Source: the human T2T-CHM13v2.0 reference genome, Homo sapiens. From it: 64,000 nt of DNA. Position 1 is the stretch's first letter; each line of letters begins with the position of its first letter. The stretch lies in the NCBI RefSeq assembly GCF_009914755.1, contig NC_060934.1; one strand, given 5' to 3'. Below the pieces are notes generated by a model. The model did no database searches, was not told where the DNA came from, and was given only the letters and a program-made list of their open reading frames with translations. Shown here one piece after another: positions 15,837 through 24,003 of the stretch. The position numbers were made by a program, and so were the translations under genes.

Positions 15837-15855
15837 CTACCACCAGATGGCAGTA
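15837..15855 (+). promoter_or_regulatory. CTCF-binding motif
   Basis: ctaCCACCAGATGGCAGta is a close match to the CTCF core CCASYAGRKGGCRS and lies in unique sequence. Confidence 0.65.
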
Positions 15856-18784
15856 TAGTATCAAATGTGGAAAGCGGATAGACACTTGCACTGATTTGCT
15901 TTTTATGTCTCAACAGAACGTTTGCACCTACACTTTAAATTGCATCCCGTGCTCTGCAACTGCTCCTGGTTTTCTTTTGGCAAGACAATCTCACTCTCTT
16001 TGCCCAAACTCTGAAGTATTACAGGCACCAGCAATGCGGTCAGTGCAGGTTAAGAAACTGTAATGTGCCATGGTTTACTCCTTAAACTTTCTTATCAACT
16101 TTTTTCCCTTCTGTTTCATGGTACTTTCAAATTGCATTTATTATAAAGCAAATAGAAAGTGTTTCACATAACTTCTCCCACAAGCAATTTTAATGAGCTT
16201 TGGCTTTAGTAATGGTTTTAATCATGTTAGACTTGATCTTCTAGCCACACAGCAACCACATCAACCCCTCTCCCAATTTGACAAGATTTTGAAAAACTAA
16301 CACTTGTTTTATGTAATTAAAGACACACCTGTATAGCACACAGAGGTGTTCATTTGTCTAATGCAATTGGCCAGATAGAGACTCGTTTCTTTCTTCCACC
16401 CTAAAATCAATTTTGGGGTTTTGTTCCCTTAGTAGATACCATCTGAGTACTGGCAAATATGCAACTCAAGTTTTAGCTTTAAAGGCAAAGAACCAGCACT
16501 TATGTCTTAATACCATCTCTAAAATCAGTCTCTAGTGATGACAGATGCAGGTCTTTTTATTGAGAACTGTCCTCAGAATTTAAATTGGGTTTTTTGTCAA
16601 ATAAGTTCGCTTAAACACACATACATCTTGAGTTATCGAATATAGCATTTTATAATGATATATTGAAGAATAAGGTAAAAAGCTTCAAAGCTGGACATTT
16701 TCCCACTGTGCTATATAGTTGAAAATGCGTCAATAATGACAATACTGCTACATGAGAAAGCCAACATGCTAACTTGTGTCTTGTAGCTTTCTCTCCATCC
16801 TTCATATGTGGTAAAGACTCTGGGATCTGCTCTCAAAATTCTACTTTATAACTGAATATAAAAAGTTTATGGCTGGCATATGTATACTATACATGAGTCA
16901 ACACGTGGGTTAGATGTAGGCCACTGATAGGTACCTAAGTTACAAAATAATTCTTTAATGAGTAAAACTACTGGAGAGGTGAACACTTTTACAGTGTCTC
17001 TGGCTTTAAAAAATAAGATTGGCATGATAGCTAAAGCAGGGGTTCTAATTGCATAACTTAATTAACACCGAGACTTACTCTGAAAAGGATCTGCAAAATG
17101 TTACTACTATGGAGATCCTATGCGAAGCCTCTTACATGAGAAAGATCGGCCAAGAAAGTAGCGTCCACTCTATTAAAATTTTTTTTAGCCACTAAAGATT
17201 CCTATTAGGTAAAGTAAGGAGAACAAACATTTTAGCAGGATGTGCAGAACAAAGCCCCTCCCATCCCACAATGATTGATGCCCCATCATTAGCAGGGTAG
17301 CTGCCCATTTCTTATCTTGATTGACAGGTTAATAAGGGACCTGGGGCTATCTTTTCAGTATTAACACACAATCTTACCAATTACTTTTAAATTATTGCTA
17401 ATCTGTCAGAAAATAACAAGCATAAGGAATAAAAATATCCGCGAAACAGAAACGTCTGCTGAAGCAGCTTTTACTTCCGGTGCCTTAAAAGGTTCAGTTA
17501 GAAAACTTGCTAGAATTTAGTCAATAGAATTTAGGCACCGGCAATTTTTTTAAAGAAAAACTTGTAGTTTATAATAGTTCATTGGTTCAATTAGGAGCGA
17601 AAAAGAAGGGAGTTTTGTAATGCAATTGTCCAGCAAAGGAAAACGCTTTAAATTGGGGGATTATGTGCGCAGACCACCTGTGGGGCATTCAGAGCCCTTT
17701 TCTATAAAGCTTCAACCCATGCCTAGCTGCCTGCAGGCTGGCTAACAATGCCGGGAAAAGCTGTTTAAAAGGCTGAGCACTTGTGCCTCCGGTCTTCACT
17801 AACTGTTACAAGTCTTCCTCTCTCGCGCTCTCTCTCCTTTTTAAAGTAAAAGTCCCACATCCCTTTAATGGAAGAACTTTAAGGCTCCGCGGTGGCCAAT
17901 TGGTCTGCACTAAGAGGAGATAGGCAGCAGGGAAAGAAACTTCAGACTATACAGCACATTTGCAGAGGAGAAAAGATCAAAGTTTTTCAAACTCAAAAGA
18001 CCAAGTTCCCTACAGATTAACCCTATTCATTTAGCTCCTCTTAAAGGAATGATGTGCTGAGCCACTGGGCAGACAGGTAAAAAGTTCAACAATTGCCGAA
18101 GCATTCTTCTGCTAATTCAACAGCCTTCTGCTCAAATAAATTAGCTTAGTCTTGACAGAGGAACAATAGCTTTTTCTCTAGGAAAAGCAGCACATTTGGT
18201 ATACACAAGCACTGAAGGTTATTAAGATGTTAACCCGTTAGTTTAATCCATTGAAGAGCGCCTGCTCCCCTACCAGATTGTCAAGTGACTTCTACTGTAA
18301 AGGGTGAGCTATGGTTTAAAACATTAACCTCTACACCTCAGCAATGCGTTCCCTCCCTGGAACACCAGGTGCTTTCAAAATCACGGACTCCAGAAATGAA
18401 TGCAGGGTTTTGAAACCTTTAGTGATACCATGCAGGATAAATAACAAGGCCTAAGGGGAATTACTGCCTTGCAGAAGTTCCATTTACATCCACTAAAGTG
18501 AGAGTTGTTATCCATGGATCAGAAAAGAGCTCCCATGAAAAACACCGTCTTTGGGGAAGGTGCAAAAACTCATTTTGATTTCAGTTCAACAATGATATTT
18601 ACTTGGCTAACAACTTAAGAACTAGAGTTTAACAAGTAATTTTCTCCATGCCTAAGGTCAGTGTACAGAATGACAAGCCAGAAAATGTCCATTTTCCCCA
18701 TGCGTCCTTAGCAAGCACTTTAAAGGTGACAGCTCAGAAGAGGCGGGGGAGAGGGCAATGGTTAAATCATTTATCAAAAGTCAT

Positions 18785-18790
18785 TTTATT
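18785..18790 (-). terminator. Polyadenylation signal AATAAA
   Basis: Plus-strand tttatt is AATAAA on the coding strand, about 710 nt after the stop and preceded by U-rich/UGUA elements. Confidence 0.75.
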
Positions 18791-18948
18791 GACAAAATAG
18801 AATACTTATATCTGTTCTTACAGGGGTAAGCCTCTAAACTTTTTACAAAAAAATGTACACACTATATCTTTGGATATATACATATTTTACACTTTTTTTT
18901 TTTACAATTTAACAAATAATTATATAAATACATCCTCTAATGTAAGAA

Positions 18949-18955
18949 ACCCGTA
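18949..18955 (-). promoter_or_regulatory. miR-99/100 family 7mer-m8 seed site in the FZD8 3' UTR
   Basis: The mRNA reads UACGGGU, complementary to seed ACCCGUA, in an AU-rich context. FZD8 is a reported miR-100 target. Confidence 0.7.
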
Positions 18956-19498
18956 TTTACGTGGGGTGTATAATTAAGACATTTCTTGTTTGTTTACTTA
19001 AGGCATTTGCCTGGTCATTAAGAATACCCAAACCGTGCAATCCCATCAGGTGGCGGTCACCCCTCCTCCAGGGTAAGTCAGGGGTGGGAGTTTACGTAGG
19101 AAGAGTCGAGGGAGAAAAAGAGGTTCTCCCAGGTGAAATCTGTGTATCTGACTGCAAACCCAGCCAAGTGCAGCCAGGGAGGGCTCCAAATCTCGGGTTC
19201 TGGAAACGCCGCAGAGTCCACCCTCCTCAGCCAACAGAAATTAACGCGTGGCGGGAGGAGCTCCCCGCACATCAATGGAGGAAAAGGGGCTGGGTCTGGG
19301 AGGCTTCAATGCCAGGTACTTTGTTCTAAGTGAGTCATTTAAGTCCCAGCTAATGGATACCATTAAGAGTTCATTATCATGCTAATAGCAATCAACACTG
19401 TGAAGGGGTGGGAACCTCAGCCCATCAAGTGTCCCTTCGCTGCACTTGGGTCTCCTCGCCCCCCTCCCCACCCCTCCTGGGCGCCCCCTCCCCTCCGC

Positions 19499-21583
19499 TC
19501 AGACCTGGGACAATGGCATCTGCTTTGGATAAGACACGGAGCTCGCCGTGCCCGACCGCCACGTCAGGCCAGTGCTGACGTCGCTGTAGAGGGAGCCCCC
19601 GCCGCCGCCCGGCCCCCCGCCGCCGCCGGGTCCCCCGCCGCCGCCGCCCCCCGGCCCGCCGCCACCCCCCGCGGCCGTGGCGCCCGCGCCCCCGCCCACC
19701 GCGGCGCCCTTGCTGGCCCAGCAGCAGCGGGTGCACAGGGAGCGCCAGGACTCCAGCGTCTTGCCGGACCAGACCCACACGCCCGAGGTGATGCCCACCA
19801 CTAGGCACATGAAGTACTTGAGCATGAAGACGGCGTAGTCGGGCCTGCGTGCCTGGTCGGGCTGCAGGTCCCGCAGGCACGGGCAGTTGTGCGTGGCCTC
19901 CCAGCGCGGGCGGTTGTGCTGCTCGTAGAAGAGGCAGGCGACCACCACCGCGGCGGGCACGGTGTAGAGCACGGTGAACAGGCCCAGGCGGATCATCAGC
20001 TTCTCCAGCTTGTGCGTCTTGGTGGGGCCGTCCTGTTGCTTGATGACCGAGCGGATGCGGAAGAGGGACACGAAGCCGGCCAGCAGGAACATGGTGCCGA
20101 TGAAGAGGTAGATGACCAGCGGCGCCAGCACGAAGCCGCGCAGGTTGTCCAGGCTCTGGTTGCCCACGTAGCAGATGCCCGCCACCGGGTCGCCGTCCAC
20201 CGAGCTGAGCGCCAGCACCGCGATGGACTTGACGCTGGGCACAAGCCACGCGGCCAGGTGGAAGTACTGCGAGTAGCCGGCGATGGCTTCGTTGCCCCAC
20301 TTCATACCGGCCGCCAGGAACCATGTGAGCGACAAGATCACCCACCAGATGGAGCTGGCCATGCCGAAGAAGTAGACCAGCAAGAAGACCACGGTGCACA
20401 GCGCGGGGCCGGTGGTCTCGTAGCGCACGTGCTGCTCCACCGCGCCCAGCTCCTCGTACTCGCCGCGCCCGCCCGGGCCGCCCGCGCCCGCGCCCGCCGC
20501 GCCCGCGCCCGCCGCCGCGCCGCCCGCGCCCCCAGCGCCCCCCGCGCCCGGCGCGCCACCGCTGCACGCCACCTTCTCGTGGCCCGCCACCAGGCGCACT
20601 AGGTAGCCCACCGACACGAAGAGGTAGCAGGCCGAGAGGAAGATAATGGGCCGCTCCGGGTACTTGAAGCGCTCCATGTCGATAAGGAAGGTGGAGACGG
20701 TGGCGAAGGTGGACACGAAGCAGAGCACCGACCACAGGCCGATCCAGAAGACGGTGAAGGCGCGCTCGTCCTGGCTGAAAAAGGGGTTGTGGCAGGGCAG
20801 CGCGCAGTTAGCGATCTGGCCTGTCTTGACGCGGTTGTAGAGCGGGTGGCGCTCGCTGGACACGCTCACCATAGGCGCGCGGCACTGGCACCCGGGCTCG
20901 CAGGGAGCCGCGCCGCCGCCAGGGGGCCGCGCCTTCCCGCCACCGCCGCCGCCGCGAGCTGGGGGCGCCGCCGCGTCCCCGCCGCCACCGCCCCTGCCGC
21001 CGCCGCGGTGCGGGGGCCTGGCCCCCGGCGGGCGGCCGTGGCCGCTGCCCGAAGGCGGCTGCTCGCCGGGCGGCGGCGGCGGCAGGCGGCGCGGCGGGCT
21101 GGGCGCGGCGGTGGTTAGGTCGGTGCGGTTGTAGTCCATGCACAGCGTGTCAGGGTTGCCTTGCTCGGGCAGCCGGTCGCAGCGCATGCGGTCGGGCCAG
21201 GCGAAGCCGTACTGGCGCATGAGCGGCGCGCAGCCGGCCTTGGCGCGCTCGCACACCGAGCGGCAGGGCGGCAGCGGCTTCTTGTAGTCCTCTAGGCAGA
21301 TGGGCGTGTACATGCTGCACAGGAAGAACTTGAGATCGGGCGAGCACTGGATCTCCACCAGCGGCCAGAACTGGTGCACCTCCAGGCCCGCCTCGTCTTG
21401 CGTGTCGTGGTTGAACTGATTGGGCATGTAGGTGTAGTTGTAGCCGATGCCCTTACACAGCGGCACGGTGATCTCTTGGCATGCCAGCTCCTTGGCCGAG
21501 GCGGCCGCAGCGCCGCTAGAGCGCTGCAGCAGCGCCAAGGCGGCCAGCAGCGAGGTCACTTCCAACAGGTAACCCCACTCCAT
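19499..21583 (-). CDS. FZD8: Frizzled-8, class F GPCR / Wnt receptor, single exon, 694 aa
   Basis: Uninterrupted ORF with a signal peptide (MEWGYLLEVTSLLAALALL), Frizzled CRD (CQEITVPLCKGIGYNYTYMPNQFNHDTQDEAGLEVHQFWPLVEIQC...), seven TM segments, the KTxxxW Dishevelled motif (KTLESW) and a C-terminal PDZ ligand (SQV). Strong Kozak context (cagcATGG). The Gly-rich insertions are typical of FZD8. Confidence 0.99.
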   Translation of the reverse strand: MEWGYLLEVTSLLAALALLQRSSGAAAASAKELACQEITVPLCKGIGYNYTYMPNQFNHDTQDEAGLEVHQFWPLVEIQCSPDLKFFLCSMYTPICLEDYKKPLPPCRSVCERAKAGCAPLMRQYGFAWPDRMRCDRLPEQGNPDTLCMDYNRTDLTTAAPSPPRRLPPPPPGEQPPSGSGHGRPPGARPPHRGGGRGGGGGDAAAPPARGGGGGGKARPPGGGAAPCEPGCQCRAPMVSVSSERHPLYNRVKTGQIANCALPCHNPFFSQDERAFTVFWIGLWSVLCFVSTFATVSTFLIDMERFKYPERPIIFLSACYLFVSVGYLVRLVAGHEKVACSGGAPGAGGAGGAGGAAAGAGAAGAGAGGPGGRGEYEELGAVEQHVRYETTGPALCTVVFLLVYFFGMASSIWWVILSLTWFLAAGMKWGNEAIAGYSQYFHLAAWLVPSVKSIAVLALSSVDGDPVAGICYVGNQSLDNLRGFVLAPLVIYLFIGTMFLLAGFVSLFRIRSVIKQQDGPTKTHKLEKLMIRLGLFTVLYTVPAAVVVACLFYEQHNRPRWEATHNCPCLRDLQPDQARRPDYAVFMLKYFMCLVVGITSGVWVWSGKTLESWRSLCTRCCWASKGAAVGGGAGATAAGGGGGPGGGGGGGPGGGGGPGGGGGSLYSDVSTGLTWRSGTASSVSYPKQMPLSQV
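21326..21406 (-). ncRNA. MIR4683: Annotated microRNA hairpin mir-4683 inside the FZD8 CRD-coding sequence (mature about 21335-21357)
   Basis: The minus strand at 21335-21357 reads TGGAGATCCAGTGCTCGCCCGAT, which matches my recollection of miR-4683. Precursor limits are from memory. Confidence 0.75.
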
Positions 21584-21882
21584 GCTGTGCGCCTCGGCCC
21601 GGTGCCCTCGCCCTCCAGGCGGCGCGCAGAGGGGTGCCGGGGGGGGGGGCCCACGAGAGAGCCGCAGACGGGTACAGCGGGTGATCTGGGGTCTCCCTTA
21701 TGCTTCGCCCGGGAGGGGGGTCTGCCGATAATCTAACCCCTTCTAGGGGCGCGTCCGCAGCGGCGCGGCCCGCAGCCTGGGCAGGGCCCTTCCGCACTCC
21801 TTTCCGCCGCTCCGGGGGTTTGAAGGCGGCTGCAGGCGCGCGCCACAGTCCGTAGGTCCGCTCTGCTGGCCCCGGGTCGCGC

Positions 21883-21921
21883 TCAGCCCTCGCGGCGCAG
21901 AGCGGCCGGGCCTCGGCTCAT
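21883..21921 (-). promoter_or_regulatory. Upstream ORF 2 in the FZD8 leader (MSRGPAALRREG*)
   Basis: ATG AGC CGA GGC CCG GCC GCT CTG CGC CGC GAG GGC TGA, with A at -3. Translation is not shown. Confidence 0.55.
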
Positions 21922-22085
21922 CGTCCCGCGCTCGCTCGCCTCCTCTCCGCGCGCCCGACCACTTCTCCCCGCCGCGCCGGGCGGCGGTGACTCCGCCGGA
22001 CAGAGAGGGCGGAGGCGCCGCAAGTTTCCTCTGGGGCCGCGGTGCGCAGTCAAGATGGCTGGGCCGGGCCGCTTGCCGCGCCGGG

Positions 22086-22124
22086 TCAGCCCTGGCGGCC
22101 ACCACTCGGCCCCCGGGGGCTCAT
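22086..22124 (-). promoter_or_regulatory. Upstream ORF 1 in the FZD8 leader (MSPRGPSGGRQG*)
   Basis: ATG AGC CCC CGG GGG CCG AGT GGT GGC CGC CAG GGC TGA, with G at -3. Translation is not shown. Confidence 0.55.
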
Positions 22125-22472
22125 GCCCGCCCCCAAGGCCAAGCCGCCGCCGCCGCCGCCGGAGTTGGGGACCCGCCTCGGCCCAGGCCGCCGCCCTCTT
22201 TCTCCGGCGTCCGTCCTTCGTCCGTCCGCCGCCGGGACAGACGGACCCCCGCCGCCTGGAAAAGTCAGCGCCGCGCTCCGGCCGCAGTCGGGCGAGGTGC
22301 ACACAGTCTCCTTCCTGCTGGACACCCAGGAGCAAATCCAGACCGGAAGGCGGAGCGGACACCTGAGTGGCGCGGCCCGCGCCCAGCCGCCGCCTCCTCC
22401 TCGGCGGGAGCAGCGCCCTTAGCCCAACTTCCCGGCTCCAGCCCCGCTCGCGCCGCGCTGCCGGCTCATGAA

Positions 22473-22545
22473 TATTTATACAGCGCGGACTCGGTCTCCG
22501 CCCCCAGCCCCGCGAGCCAATCGCCGGGCGGTAGGGCGGAGTCCA
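22473..22545 (-). promoter_or_regulatory. FZD8 core promoter: TATA box, CCAAT box, GC boxes
   Basis: Minus-strand TATAAATA at 22473-22480 is an isolated AT patch in the CpG island. GC box ctccgccccc at 22496-22505, CCAAT at 22517-22521, GGGCGG at 22526-22531 and 22534-22539, in canonical spacing. Confidence 0.75.
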
Positions 22546-23784
22546 CGCGCTCCCAGGGCTCAGCCTTCCTTAAGGCAGTCCCCGAGTGTCCGCACTGCTG
22601 TGCGCGCTCTCTGCGGATGGAGAGTTTTGGTAACCTTGGGATTGACCGCAGAGACAGAGTGTTGGCCATGGCTGTCCCCATGGCGCTGAGTGCGTCGGAG
22701 GTCTTGGTCCCCTTACCCCGAGTCTGCCCTTGGGGACAGGGACGGGGTTTGGTGCAGCGCGCGCCTCCCCGGCGCGTTTCAAACCAGCCAAGCCCCTGCT
22801 GCCACCCTCCGCAAATGTGGGTGATCTGCAGGCGGCTGGGGTCTCGTGCTCCTCGGGGCGGCAGGAAGGTCTCGCAGCAGGCGAGCGCCGGGGAGGCCTG
22901 CCGGGGCTCGGCGCTGCAGAAGACCCGGGAAAGGGTGTCCTCCTTGGGGTTCTCAGAACGATGGTTTCTGAGACTTGGAGATGTGGGGGGTGTGGAGTCA
23001 TTCTAAACTGGGGCTGGACCCGGGACGGCCCGGGTGAGATGCCCCGGAGCCCAGCCTTGGGCGCGCGAGGGGCGCGGGGGACAAATGCCCGCCAGAGACT
23101 CTCCTCCCGCCTCCGCTGCGTGACCTGGGGGAGCCTCAGTTTCCCCACCTAGAGAGTTGGGTGATCATAGCACAGATCTCCAAGGGGGCTTTGATAATTA
23201 GGTGAGATAAAATATAGGAAGCCCCGAGCCGCCGTGCTTTCTTAGGAAAAATCATTCAATTTCTTTCTAAAATTCAAAACAAACCTCGAAACTTATAAAT
23301 AGGACAGGCTGGAAACTCTGGGGCTGGATTCCCTGTCTTCCCTTCGTTCTTTCAGGACGTCTATTCATCCATCCCAAGTTCACAGGCTTTTGCCAGAGCC
23401 TCCTTTTCTCTGGTGGGAGGCGGCGCTGCGCTCTGGCGTGGACTCCGCGACACGTATCTGCTCTCTGCACGAGGCCGGAGCCGGACCCGGGCTGCTTTTA
23501 GCAGCCGCTTGGGCCACCGCCAGCGAACGCTGCCCCCGCCGGCTCCGCCGCCACCTTAAGACGGGCCGGGAGGGGGGCTGCGGGCGGCCCGGGCCGGCGG
23601 CCTGGCAGGTTCATTTACGCTTGTTAGGGCGTCCCAGGGGGCTGTCTTTCTCCTAGAATGGAGTGTTTATTTTTTAATTGATGTGCTGTTTCATTTAGCG
23701 CTTGTATGGAACTCATGCTGGGGCAGTAATTACTGTAATCTCGGGAACAAGCATTTCAGTTAGCCAGGAGGGTGGCAGAATATG

Positions 23785-24003
23785 TTTCTCTCTCTCTTTC
23801 TCTCCCTCCCTCCCGCCTCCTCCCCATCTCCGTCCCCCTCTCTCCCTCTTCCTCCCTGCCTCTCTTCTGTCTTCCCTCTCTCTCTCTCCCCACCTCCTTT
23901 CCTTCTCTCTCTCCCCCACCACTTTCTCTCCCCCCTCCTCCTCTTCCCCTCCTCCCTCTCCTTCCTTCCCTCCCTTTTCTCTCCGCTCTCTCACTCTCTT
24001 CTT
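23785..24003. repeat. Polypyrimidine/polypurine (CT-rich) tract
   Basis: About 220 bp almost entirely C/T on the plus strand. Confidence 0.9.

Larger units (their letters stand above)
18765..19498 (-). other. FZD8: FZD8 3' UTR (to the proximal poly(A) site)
   Basis: AT-rich, repeat-free sequence downstream of the stop codon, ending shortly after an AATAAA. Longer isoforms are possible. Confidence 0.65.
21584..22450 (-). other. FZD8: FZD8 5' UTR (long, GC-rich leader; TSS inferred)
   Basis: Lies between the start codon and a position about 25-30 nt downstream of the TATA box at 22473-22480. The TSS is inferred, not observed. Confidence 0.65.
19200..23640. promoter_or_regulatory. CpG island covering the FZD8 gene body and promoter
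   Basis: Very high GC content and CpG density compared with the CpG-depleted flanks. Boundaries judged by eye. Confidence 0.92.

Noticed and set aside
19889-20602. 237-aa ORF antisense to FZD8, and other ORFs overlapping the CDS
   Set aside because: Expected shadow of a GC3-rich coding sequence; no recognisable domain and no independent promoter evidence.
21987-23006. 339-aa plus-strand ORF across the promoter
   Set aside because: Non-ATG start, Arg/Pro/Ala/Gly composition typical of stop-poor CpG-island DNA, no homology I recognise.
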